A stretch of 64,000 nt of DNA from a virus (Duplodnaviria > Caudoviricetes). Positions 45,439 through 54,413 of this stretch are shown piece by piece (the first letter of the stretch is position 1; each line of letters begins with the position of its first letter). The stretch covers positions 17,575-81,574 of IMG/VR virus record IMGVR_UViG_3300034410_000474, one strand, 5' to 3'. Below the pieces are notes generated by a model, which worked only from the letters and a program-made list of their open reading frames with translations, was not told the DNA's origin and ran no database searches. A program made the translations under genes and the position numbers.

Positions 45439-45758
45439 GTGATAATCCAATCAATATCCATAATATTCTTTGGTTGTTCATCCATAGGAATAAAAAGATC
45501 ATGCTCATAATTCTTTATTACAGCCCACCCATACGATGTTGCGCCATAAGAATCTTTCCAACACTCATAGGTTGAGCCTGAATGACCATCAAAGTAATAC
45601 TTTTCATCGTCTTCAGTTACTTTTACGACACCAGAGTTTAATCTCCAGTCGTCGCCATTAAAGGGATTACCTTTTATCCAAGTACCAAACACTCTATAAT
45701 GAGGATCAGTTCCTTCGATCTTTACAAGCATCCATTTGTCTGGTCTGTATTTACTCAT
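45435..45758 (-). CDS. Conserved phage hypothetical protein
   Basis: PDKWMLVKI, WRLNSG, GHSGSTYEC. Confidence 0.7.
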   Translation of the reverse strand: MSKYRPDKWMLVKIEGTDPHYRVFGTWIKGNPFNGDDWRLNSGVVKVTEDDEKYYFDGHSGSTYECWKDSYGATSYGWAVIKNYEHDLFIPMDEQPKNIMDIDWIIT

Positions 45759-46098
45759 CTTTGTCTTGCCAAGCGTTAATAAATTCGAGCTTTTGTTGAC
45801 GAGTCCAATCTTTCAGATAATCGTTGTCTCTATCCCAGATGTTTATAATGCGTTCTTCATCAAGTAGGAATGTATCAACAATTTGTTCGCCAATCCATTT
45901 TTGAGAAAACTCTCGTACGTTTTCACATGTAACACTATCGTTAGCCCATTCAATTGGTTTACCCATTGGACCTTCACTCATAATATCTACATCTGGATTT
46001 GTTTTTTGTAATTCAGATACGGGTACAACATACCTTTGCCTGAATTGGCTTACAGTTGTTACAACCACGTAGAGTTCGTTGGGATCAATTTTCGACAT
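45751..46098 (-). CDS. Hypothetical protein
   Basis: VSQFR.RY.V, EFSQKW.GE.I. Confidence 0.65.
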   Translation of the reverse strand: MSKIDPNELYVVVTTVSQFRQRYVVPVSELQKTNPDVDIMSEGPMGKPIEWANDSVTCENVREFSQKWIGEQIVDTFLLDEERIINIWDRDNDYLKDWTRQQKLEFINAWQDKDE

Positions 46099-46492
46099 TT
46101 ATAAATTCTCCATTTTTTATTTTAAAGACGCCATCAAGACCTGTAGACCTGATATAGACTCTACCACCATCAATCATTTTACCGTCTATAAAGAGGCAAT
46201 CATGATGGCAAGAAGAGTAATACCAGTTATTATCTTTATCTTGAATCATACCAAACTCAAAGTCTTCAACAGAATCAGCATCTGTAATCATCAAGCTATC
46301 TTTTGATTTGTATAGACCAAAGTATTTATTGCCAAACTCTGGATGTGGTGTTTCCCTATAGAAAATGTCCAAAGGTTGGTCACTATTCTTTAAATCAGTA
46401 GTAACTACATACTTTACTGGTACTCCATCCTTTTTAGAATAGAGTTCTTCGATCTTATCAGTATCAAATATTTTCGGATGTTTTATATCCAT
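46085..46492 (-). CDS. Hypothetical protein
   Basis: HPEFGNKYFG, YS..HHD, IDGGR.Y.R. Confidence 0.7.
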   Translation of the reverse strand: MDIKHPKIFDTDKIEELYSKKDGVPVKYVVTTDLKNSDQPLDIFYRETPHPEFGNKYFGLYKSKDSLMITDADSVEDFEFGMIQDKDNNWYYSSCHHDCLFIDGKMIDGGRVYIRSTGLDGVFKIKNGEFINVEN

Positions 46493-46520
46493 AGATCACC
46501 TTTTGCATAATTTAGTTAGT

Positions 46521-46549
46521 ATTATATCACAGTTAGTCGTCAGTGTCAA
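46521..46549 (-). promoter_or_regulatory. Early promoter encoded within the last codons of the ClpP-like gene
   Basis: TTGACA-CTGACGACTAACTGTGA-TATAAT. Confidence 0.8.
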
Positions 46550-47156
46550 CTGATTCTTTTTCTGCCTTTTTGAACTTCCTATCCATTACTTTAACTTTCT
46601 TCTTTAAACGTTTAATGACTTCGTCACCATCCATCCAGATGTCTTTGTTATCAAGAATAGAGGTAATCTCTTTTTCAGTCAAGAAATCAGAATAAACTTC
46701 TCGTAATAGCCTTTCAGCCCAATCTTTTTCGTGAGCTAGACGATCATACATTTCACCACCTTTACCAACTACACCGCTCGAATAGTTATGAAACATAAAC
46801 ATAGAGTGCGGTGATACTTCGAATTGATGGCCGTGTAAGAAGATTAAAGTTGCTGCACTCATACATGCACCTTCAACTGAGACAACAATATTTGCCGCTG
46901 TCTCAGAAAGTACTCGCATAAACTGAATGGCTGTAAAGAGATCGCCACCAGATGAGTTAATGTAAAACTTTAAAATATCGTTTTCATTCGCAGAACGAAT
47001 CGTATCGAACCAATCTATATAATCTTCGGATGATTCGATGTCACCACTAAGATAAAACTCGTGTATGTTAACACACTGTTTAGATATGATGCGATTGCCT
47101 TGGGCTACTGGTGGCTTTATTAAATCCATCAGATCTATTTGTTTAGCTTTTTTCAA
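46533..47156 (-). CDS. ClpP-like peptidase
   Basis: YINSSGG, GACMSAATLIF (Ser), MFMFHN (His). Confidence 0.85.
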   Translation of the reverse strand: MKKAKQIDLMDLIKPPVAQGNRIISKQCVNIHEFYLSGDIESSEDYIDWFDTIRSANENDILKFYINSSGGDLFTAIQFMRVLSETAANIVVSVEGACMSAATLIFLHGHQFEVSPHSMFMFHNYSSGVVGKGGEMYDRLAHEKDWAERLLREVYSDFLTEKEITSILDNKDIWMDGDEVIKRLKKKVKVMDRKFKKAEKESVDTDD

Positions 47157-47157
47157 G

Positions 47158-47673
47158 TTAATTTCCTTTTATTAATTCTATATTCAGTGGAGTAAAGTTT
47201 ATCTGTTCTACACATGCACAAAAATAAGGACCTTCAGGAGAAGGATTTGTATGTATGTGTCCGTGAACATTTATCTTTGGTTCTTTAAATCTGTGCTTCT
47301 CAGCAAGTGTGCTTCCATGCAATGGCGTATGAGTAAATATGAACCCTTCCATATCTATCCATAACTGCATATCTTTAAAGAATGGTGCAAGATGCTTTAC
47401 GTTATCGTGGTTACCGATCGCAAGTCTTTTCTTACCTGGCAACTTAGCAAAGTTTGCTTCCATCCATTCTACTTTGTTGTGACCAAATAACACATCACCA
47501 CAATGTATCACAGTATCATTAGGACCAACAACACTAACCCAATTATCCATCATGCATTCGTTCATTTGCTCAACAGAGTCAAACTCACGGCATGGTTTAT
47601 TAAGATAGTCTTTAAATTCTAATATATTTGCATGATTAAAGTGTGTGTCACTTATAACAAATATGTTGCTCAT
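47158..47673 (-). CDS. Calcineurin-like metallophosphoesterase
   Basis: SDTHF.H, CGD, GNHD, THTP, HGHIH. Confidence 0.92.
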   Translation of the reverse strand: MSNIFVISDTHFNHANILEFKDYLNKPCREFDSVEQMNECMMDNWVSVVGPNDTVIHCGDVLFGHNKVEWMEANFAKLPGKKRLAIGNHDNVKHLAPFFKDMQLWIDMEGFIFTHTPLHGSTLAEKHRFKEPKINVHGHIHTNPSPEGPYFCACVEQINFTPLNIELIKGN

Positions 47674-48203
47674 TTCTGCTCCCAGCGATAATAAATGTGT
47701 GCTCCAATGCGTCCAACCATCTGAAGACTTGAAGCCCAGAATGGATCTACATATGTAGCGTGATAGTGCGTTGCACCTTCTGTAATTCCGCGATAATCTC
47801 CAAAGTTAATCATTGAGAAAGCAATTGATTGTGCTTCCATCCATTTATCTTGATCTACTGGAGTATCGCTTTTTCCGTCGCAATACCAAGAGAATTGGCA
47901 AACTCTTTTTCCTGGGATGTAGCCATCTTTTACTACACCACAAATTGAGCTAGGGTATCTACGATCTAATGTTCTATTTATTACTACGTCAGCAACTGCT
48001 ACTTTATCTGCGAAGTTACTTCCACGTGCTTCATAATATACATTAAGAGCTAAACAATGCATTTCTTCAGACTGAGCCTGTTCCAATGCTGCTAATACTG
48101 CTTCTGATTCTGCTTGAGATTTTGCGTATATCGGTGTTATAATGGTCCCTACTAAAATAGAGAAAGTGATTAAACCGGATACTAGGTTCTTATATTTGAT
48201 CAT
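47670..48203 (-). CDS. SleB-like cell wall hydrolase (Hydrolase_2)
   Basis: CLALNVYYEARG, AVA.VVINR, CQFSWYCDG, GATHYHA.YV.P.W, IGAHIYY. Confidence 0.92.
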   Translation of the reverse strand: MIKYKNLVSGLITFSILVGTIITPIYAKSQAESEAVLAALEQAQSEEMHCLALNVYYEARGSNFADKVAVADVVINRTLDRRYPSSICGVVKDGYIPGKRVCQFSWYCDGKSDTPVDQDKWMEAQSIAFSMINFGDYRGITEGATHYHATYVDPFWASSLQMVGRIGAHIYYRWEQK

Positions 48204-48232
48204 TTTATATCTGCCTCAATTTTTATAATATC

Positions 48233-48261
48233 ATTATAAAACATTGAAAAGCAAATGTCAA
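48233..48261 (-). promoter_or_regulatory. Early sigma70-type promoter
   Basis: TTGACA-N17-TATAAT. Confidence 0.88.
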
Positions 48262-48264
48262 CGA

Positions 48265-48498
48265 TTAATTTAAGTTATTTAACATATTTTTTAGGCGCCA
48301 AAGAAGGGTTTTTGTCTCTACAGTGTCATTCCAACACTCATCTCGTGACGTTATATCAGTTAAAAGTTCTTTTAACATCATATTTTCCTGCCTCAGAGCA
48401 TCATTATCTCTGAGAGCAGATTGTTTATCTTTCTTATGATGGTCTATTTCGAGCTGTAGACCTTCAACCGTTCTTTCGTTTATTTTTACCTTTGCCAT
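48265..48498 (-). CDS. Small coiled-coil protein
   Basis: Heptad-like ORF overlapping upstream gene end. Confidence 0.55.
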   Translation of the reverse strand: MAKVKINERTVEGLQLEIDHHKKDKQSALRDNDALRQENMMLKELLTDITSRDECWNDTVETKTLLWRLKNMLNNLN

Positions 48499-50059
48499 TT
48501 GGCTTCACCACTCCATACTTCTTAAAGAATGCGTAATCACTTGCGTATGCGCGTTTAATAAATTCGATTTGTTCTTCTGAAAAGTCATCAGCAGTAATCT
48601 CTTTATTAGTAACGTTATGAGCTACATCGATATCAAAGAACTCATTAACATCTTCACGTTTTACTACTTCAAATTCATCAAAGTTTTCAGTATCAACAAA
48701 TCTGCATTGTGGATGGAAATGATGTACTTGATGTCCACCAGTAATCTTATTTAAATTACGGAAGAACAAATCAATCTTTTCTTCTTTTGAGAGTAAAGTT
48801 AAATCCTTATCGAAAGAAGAGAAGATGTCTCTACCATAATCATAATAACGTTGTTTTGGAGTTAAGTAAACATTTATTAATGAGATGAAACGATCGATTG
48901 GATCAGTAAAAATCATAATAGGTTTTTTGTTTTCTTTAATCAATGTATTATAGAGTCTTGTTCCACGCATTACTTGAATACGCTTTGGATAACTTTCTTT
49001 AATAGTTACTGAACAAGATCGTGGGACTTCAAACCAAAGCTTTTCGTGATTGTTTTCAAGATCATACATTAACGGCCATTCTAACTTTTGGCACCAATAA
49101 CAATTACAATCGTTAAATGCATATGTTGAATTAATATCTACTTCAGGTAATAAGAAATCTTTTACAAACGGTGTATCAAAAATAAGATCAGGTAATAGGC
49201 TATGCGGATAGCGTTTAAGTATATGGTCAGTATTACTATCAGGAGCAATATTACCTTCAACAGGTTCTGTAGTATCTACGAATTGTTTATAATCTGCATA
49301 TCCACCTTCACTATGCCATTTAAAGCTATCGAATGCATGAGCAAACGAATCAGCTTTTGTTTGGCGTTGTTGTGACGATCCCATCCATGCAAAGTGCCAA
49401 CCCATATCTTCTTGAATAATACCTTGATTTGTTGGAAACCGAATTGGAATGCTAATGTTACCACATCGAATATTACTTAGTTTGCAATGTAACAATTGTT
49501 CTTTTGTTGCAAAGAACATAGCACGTTTCCATATAACCGGTACATCATTTCTATGGTGGATACGTAAATCAGCACGACCTTGTAGATATACTAATGGAAT
49601 TTTAATTATAATGTTTGGATGATTGTGGCATTGTTGTGCTACCCATTTAATATGCTTTGGATCGATAATCTCATCTGCATCTCCATAAATGAATACGTCA
49701 CGCTTATCAAAATCACGTAAGGCATTCATTACAGCATCTTTTTGCAAACGTTCTCTTACTCTAGCATATAGAGATTCTTTGTTATTAGCATTTACACCTG
49801 CGTTTCTTCGATCAATTTCGAGTATTTCGAGATCTTCTGTTTCAGGAATATCATGCTCTACATAGATAATCTTTTCAATCGGTAGTCCAAGTTTACGAGC
49901 AACTTCAGGAAATTTGCGATCTACATCTTTACCAGCATGTGTCTTATTTGACTCAACGATAATAAACTTATCTACATGTTCTTTTAATAAGTTAACACGT
50001 AAATAGAGTAGCTCTTCTCCATAGGGAGCAAACCAAGGAAAACAATCTACAATCTTCAT
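48464..50059 (-). CDS. GT17 (GnT-III-like) glycosyltransferase fused to a sulfotransferase-family-2 domain
   Basis: N-terminal VDCF..ELL.LR..L..VDKFIIVES, DADEI, GWHFAWMG; C-terminal VPRSCSVTIK, FTDPIDRFIS, HFHPQ, Y.SDY.FF. Confidence 0.78.
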   Translation of the reverse strand: MKIVDCFPWFAPYGEELLYLRVNLLKEHVDKFIIVESNKTHAGKDVDRKFPEVARKLGLPIEKIIYVEHDIPETEDLEILEIDRRNAGVNANNKESLYARVRERLQKDAVMNALRDFDKRDVFIYGDADEIIDPKHIKWVAQQCHNHPNIIIKIPLVYLQGRADLRIHHRNDVPVIWKRAMFFATKEQLLHCKLSNIRCGNISIPIRFPTNQGIIQEDMGWHFAWMGSSQQRQTKADSFAHAFDSFKWHSEGGYADYKQFVDTTEPVEGNIAPDSNTDHILKRYPHSLLPDLIFDTPFVKDFLLPEVDINSTYAFNDCNCYWCQKLEWPLMYDLENNHEKLWFEVPRSCSVTIKESYPKRIQVMRGTRLYNTLIKENKKPIMIFTDPIDRFISLINVYLTPKQRYYDYGRDIFSSFDKDLTLLSKEEKIDLFFRNLNKITGGHQVHHFHPQCRFVDTENFDEFEVVKREDVNEFFDIDVAHNVTNKEITADDFSEEQIEFIKRAYASDYAFFKKYGVVKPNGKGKNKRKNG

Positions 50060-50062
50060 TAC

Positions 50063-50662
50063 TTACTTCCTTCTTTCTAGTATAGTTAAACCATTACAAT
50101 TTTGTTTGTGCTTTCTAAATTTCCATTGAGGATTAGCGATAATGAACTCAATAATAGCAGGTAATAATCCTTGATTATCCATTGCTTTACGATTAGGATT
50201 TGCAGCCCAATCAACTTGCTCATCACGTACTCCATATGTATGAGTATCGTGAAATGCTAGATATTTACGAGCAGCATTACCGTGCAATTTAAGTTCTTCT
50301 CTTAATTGCTGTTGGCTGTGCCAAGTATCAATAAAGATTAAGTCGGTTGGCTCAATAAGAATACTCAGCGTATTTGCTTTAACATATTCTACATCTTTAC
50401 CAACCTTCTTAGCAATTTTGAATAGATTCATTAGAGGATCGTGTATTTCAAGATCATATGCTCTTAATGATACAGGCGCTTTAAGAAATGCTTTTGTACT
50501 TGCACCAAAACGACTGCCAAACTCAGTAACGTGAGTACAATCTTCTGCAAGAGTTAATAAGTCGTGAAGATGTTCATCAATATCTGACTTAGTACTCTTT
50601 TCTTTTTGATACTCATTTTCTATGAGTTCGTTCCATTCACTTAAATTCATACGTCTAACCAC
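50063..50662 (-). CDS. Class I SAM-dependent methyltransferase (Methyltransf_24-like)
   Basis: VTEFGSRFGAST, DLIFIDTWHS, FHDT. Confidence 0.85.
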   Translation of the reverse strand: MVRRMNLSEWNELIENEYQKEKSTKSDIDEHLHDLLTLAEDCTHVTEFGSRFGASTKAFLKAPVSLRAYDLEIHDPLMNLFKIAKKVGKDVEYVKANTLSILIEPTDLIFIDTWHSQQQLREELKLHGNAARKYLAFHDTHTYGVRDEQVDWAANPNRKAMDNQGLLPAIIEFIIANPQWKFRKHKQNCNGLTILERRK

Positions 50663-51672
50663 CTTCTATTTTCTAATGTCCAAGTTACAACTTCAGCGAT
50701 ACGTTGATCAACTGGTCTCGGGGTCCATCCCATCTTTGCCATTCGTTCACCAGAGAGAGCATAACGAAGGTCGTGACCAGGGCGACTACTGTGGAAATCC
50801 ATGAATTCATACTTTAACTCCTTGCCTTGTGCATCGGCAATCATTTGTGCGAGTTCTAAATTGTTCAATTCAGTCGCACCACAGATATTGAACTTAGGAC
50901 ATTTAACACCGGTATTATTTTCAATGTTAAGAGTATCAGTATGTTCTAATAAGAACAGTGTAGCATCAGCAACATCTTCGGCATGAATATAATGTCGTGA
51001 TCCTGGTATTGTTTTTGTTTCATCACTGTGAATAGTTACCGTACCACCATCTCGTACATTACGAATAGTCATAGGGATAAACTTTTCTGGATGCTGTCGT
51101 TCACCAAATACGTTCATTGTATGCGTAATATAAATTGGCATATCATAAGTATTTTGGTAAGCTACTGCTAATTCCTCTCCACCAGCTTTAGATGCTGAGT
51201 AAGGATTAGTTGAATTATAACGATCATATTCGTCGTACTTAATACCTTCAGGAGCAGGACCAAAGACTTCATCAGTTGAGAAGTATAGGAAGCGTTCCAA
51301 GTTAGGTTGTTTACGAGCAAATTCTAGAATGTTACATGTACCAACAACGTTATCCATTACGAATTCCATTGGATGGTCAATTGAACGATCTACGTGAGAG
51401 CCTGCTGCCAAATGAGCAACAATATCAACGTCACCAATATCTGCTAAGAGCATTGGATTAAATTCTGCTTTTAAATCGTGAAAGATTGTACGAAGACGTG
51501 AACGTTCTTCAGGGGTGCGATCTTGTAAAAGATCATGTAATCTGTTTAGGTTACCACTATAATCTAAACGATCTACAGTAACGATATCCCAATCAGTTCT
51601 TTTGAGTACCTGGTTGATTAAGTGATGGGCAATAAAGCCACCGCCACCAGTAATAAGTATTTTCTTAGCCAT
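50647..51672 (-). CDS. NDP-sugar 4,6-dehydratase (RmlB-like extended SDR)
   Basis: ITGGGGFIAHH, HLAAGSHVDRS, STDEVFG, YSASK, RPGHDLRY. Confidence 0.92.
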   Translation of the reverse strand: MAKKILITGGGGFIAHHLINQVLKRTDWDIVTVDRLDYSGNLNRLHDLLQDRTPEERSRLRTIFHDLKAEFNPMLLADIGDVDIVAHLAAGSHVDRSIDHPMEFVMDNVVGTCNILEFARKQPNLERFLYFSTDEVFGPAPEGIKYDEYDRYNSTNPYSASKAGGEELAVAYQNTYDMPIYITHTMNVFGERQHPEKFIPMTIRNVRDGGTVTIHSDETKTIPGSRHYIHAEDVADATLFLLEHTDTLNIENNTGVKCPKFNICGATELNNLELAQMIADAQGKELKYEFMDFHSSRPGHDLRYALSGERMAKMGWTPRPVDQRIAEVVTWTLENRRWLDV

Positions 51673-51706
51673 TATATCTCCGTCATCAATAACATTTTGT
51701 AAAAGT

Positions 51707-51734
51707 ACTCCATAGATCCGAAAACCTATGGAGT
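51707..51734 (-). other. 12-bp UUCG hairpin between late promoter and epimerase gene
   Basis: ACTCCATAGGTT-TTCG-GATCTATGGAGT followed by ACTTTT. Confidence 0.75.
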
Positions 51735-51745
51735 GTTGTTAACTT

Positions 51746-51753
51746 TATTTATA
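51746..51753 (-). promoter_or_regulatory. Late promoter TATAAATA
   Basis: Exact consensus immediately after porin stop. Confidence 0.75.
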
Positions 51754-51754
51754 A

Positions 51755-52702
51755 TCAGAAATTGTATTTGATCGTAGCTTTAAAGCTATCATCATAATTG
51801 CGGTTTCCGTATGGACCCACCATTCCTTTGTCGTGATGTAAGTATACTCCATACTCCATCGGACCTTGATTATAAACTGCACCAAAGTAGTTAAAAGTAA
51901 AGCCGATATCATCGTCTTCTACTCTATGTGCTGAAAGAATTACGTCTTTAATTCCATAGTACATAACACCGTAGTCTTTACGGACATTACCACCATCGTC
52001 AAATTGTTCGTAACCTAATCCAATCGGTAATCCTACTGGATACAATGATGTTCCAATTGAATAACCACGTTGGGTTGTTTTATCTTCAGCACTAATTTGT
52101 AAGTATGATACATCAAAGATTGCTAAACGTGCTGTTGCACCTGCGTACATTGATTTGGTTTCTGGTTCATAACCTACAATACCACCAATTGGTAATTTCT
52201 TTCTTTGAAGTTTATATTGATTGAATTTAAATTCATCGTTATTAACCCAATCACCAAACGTAACAACTACTTTTTCTTTATGGTCGATACGTGAGTTTGG
52301 TTCAATGACAATTACTGGAGCTCCAATTTTAGATGTTTTTGCAAAACCTAAACGTTGAGCATCAGTTTCACCAATATATACTCTTGTATTTCCGATACCA
52401 AAGCCCATTTGTTTTTCTTGGACCGTGTTATCTAATGTACGATCTAACGAATAGTTAGTATCATACCGTGCTCCAGCACCTGCCCAGTTAAATGGACCAT
52501 CGTTTAGTTCAGTCTGAAACCCTGCGAAAACTTCCGCTCTTGAACTCATGTCACCTTCTGGCCATTCGCCATCGATATACATTTCAACATTACCATTATA
52601 ATATAGACCGGATTTTTCTTCTTCTTTTTGTTCATGTCCGTCTGCATAAACGTTTGTCGCAAATAGCGATAAGCACATCATTGTGCTAGTTATTAGTTTC
52701 AT
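51755..52702 (-). CDS. Outer-membrane beta-barrel (porin-like) protein
   Basis: Signal peptide MKLITSTMMCLSLFATNVYA; alternating beta-strand pattern; C-terminal ATIKYNF beta-signal. Confidence 0.7.
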   Translation of the reverse strand: MKLITSTMMCLSLFATNVYADGHEQKEEEKSGLYYNGNVEMYIDGEWPEGDMSSRAEVFAGFQTELNDGPFNWAGAGARYDTNYSLDRTLDNTVQEKQMGFGIGNTRVYIGETDAQRLGFAKTSKIGAPVIVIEPNSRIDHKEKVVVTFGDWVNNDEFKFNQYKLQRKKLPIGGIVGYEPETKSMYAGATARLAIFDVSYLQISAEDKTTQRGYSIGTSLYPVGLPIGLGYEQFDDGGNVRKDYGVMYYGIKDVILSAHRVEDDDIGFTFNYFGAVYNQGPMEYGVYLHHDKGMVGPYGNRNYDDSFKATIKYNF

Positions 52703-52775
52703 TTTTGAACCTTTCATATGTGGCGCATGTCCTTAAACGCCGGTTAACCGAATCTTCCCAGATTCATGTGAAGTA

Positions 52776-53195
52776 TTACTTCAGCCAGCCTATCTTTTCG
52801 CCAGCTGCGATTCTTCGCTCTGCTTCTGCCTTTGTACCAGGATATCTTGTTGCCCAAAGGATGATCAGCCCAAATGTAACGGCCATATAAATTGTGGCTT
52901 TTATATTTGCGACTGTTAGGAAAAATACTACTAATGAAGTTGACATTACGAAAACCATTAGGTATTTTGCTTTGGTTGGGTATACTCTATAAGTCCCCCA
53001 TTCTTTAATAAAAGGACCAAAACGCGAGTGGTTTAGAATCCAGTTATGGAATCTTTCGTTTGATTTTGCGAAGCAGAAAGTCGCTCCTAAGATTGGTGTA
53101 CTCCAAGGAAGACCTGGAAGAAGAACGCCTAGATATGCGACTCCTAATAAGATAATCCCTAACGTAAACCAAAATGCTTTTTTGATTTTATTCAT
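52776..53195 (-). CDS. YbaN/DUF454-family inner-membrane protein
   Basis: LG...GV.LPGLP..TP.L.A.FCFAKS.ERFHNW.L....FGP.I..W...K.K. Confidence 0.88.
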   Translation of the reverse strand: MNKIKKAFWFTLGIILLGVAYLGVLLPGLPWSTPILGATFCFAKSNERFHNWILNHSRFGPFIKEWGTYRVYPTKAKYLMVFVMSTSLVVFFLTVANIKATIYMAVTFGLIILWATRYPGTKAEAERRIAAGEKIGWLK

Positions 53196-53222
53196 AGTGT
53201 TTCCTTTCAAACTAAAGCGAAA

Positions 53223-54413
53223 TTACTTTAGTACTTCTTTTAACGCTTGCACCAATTGTATCATCATCACATCATCGTGATAAGGAGTTGGCGCAATTCT
53301 TAACCGCTCTGTTCCAGCCTGAACAGTCGGACTATTTATAGGCTGAATGTAAATACCAAATTCGTTAAGTAAACGATCACTTGCTTCTTTACATTTAAAA
53401 GCGTCATTAATCATTACTGGTACAATATGAGTACAGGAGTTTTCGTGTACTGGTATATTTGCATCAGCAAGCATTTCTTTTAATTTTGCGGCTCGCTCTT
53501 GATGTTGAGCCCTTAATCTAGGATTGTCACGGAGATATCTGATGGAGGCGAGAGCTCCTGCACAAATGACTGGAGAGGTTGATGTAGTAAATATAAAACC
53601 ACTAGCAACACACCTAATTCCATCAATAATACTAGAGTCAGAAACAATATAACCACCTTGTACACCAAACGCTTTACCAAGTGTACCATTGATTATATCT
53701 ACCCTGTCTGATAATCCTAGCTTCTGACAATAACCACCGCCTGTTTCGCCGTATAAACCTACCGCGTGAACTTCGTCGATATATGTCATCGCCTTATATT
53801 TATCTGCTAAATCAAGTATCTCTTCGATAGGACTAATGTCTCCATCCATAGAGTATACTGATTCAAAAACAATAATTGGAGTTTGATTACTCATTTGACA
53901 TGTTTGCAATGCCAATTCTAATTCTTCCATATTGTTATGTTCGAATACTGTTTTATCTGCTTTTGAATGATTAATACCAACAATTAATGATGCATGATTT
54001 TTAGAATCTGATACAAAACAAACGTTTGGAATAATTCGATTTAAAGCAATAAGAGTCCATTCATTAGCAACATATGCGCTTGTAAATAATAAAGCATTTT
54101 CTTTTTGGTGTAGAGTTGCAAGCTCTTTCTCTAATGTGACGTGATAATGAGTGTTACCACCAATATTACGAGTACCACCAGAACCAGATCCTGTTTGATC
54201 TAATGCGCTATGCATAGCACTTACGACATAATCATTTTGACCTTGGCCAAGATAATCATTTGAGCACCAATTTATAATATTCTTTGGAGCATATTTACCA
54301 TACCAAATAGAGCGAGGAAAGTCTCCCCGCTCTCTTAGTATATCATTAAATACTCTATATCGACCATCATCTTTATATTGATCTATAACCTGATCGAAGT
54401 ATTTGTTAAACAT
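53223..54413 (-). CDS. hemA: 5-aminolevulinate synthase (C4/Shemin pathway)
   Basis: [72 protein letters not shown]. Confidence 0.93.
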   Translation of the reverse strand: MFNKYFDQVIDQYKDDGRYRVFNDILRERGDFPRSIWYGKYAPKNIINWCSNDYLGQGQNDYVVSAMHSALDQTGSGSGGTRNIGGNTHYHVTLEKELATLHQKENALLFTSAYVANEWTLIALNRIIPNVCFVSDSKNHASLIVGINHSKADKTVFEHNNMEELELALQTCQMSNQTPIIVFESVYSMDGDISPIEEILDLADKYKAMTYIDEVHAVGLYGETGGGYCQKLGLSDRVDIINGTLGKAFGVQGGYIVSDSSIIDGIRCVASGFIFTTSTSPVICAGALASIRYLRDNPRLRAQHQERAAKLKEMLADANIPVHENSCTHIVPVMINDAFKCKEASDRLLNEFGIYIQPINSPTVQAGTERLRIAPTPYHDDVMMIQLVQALKEVLK

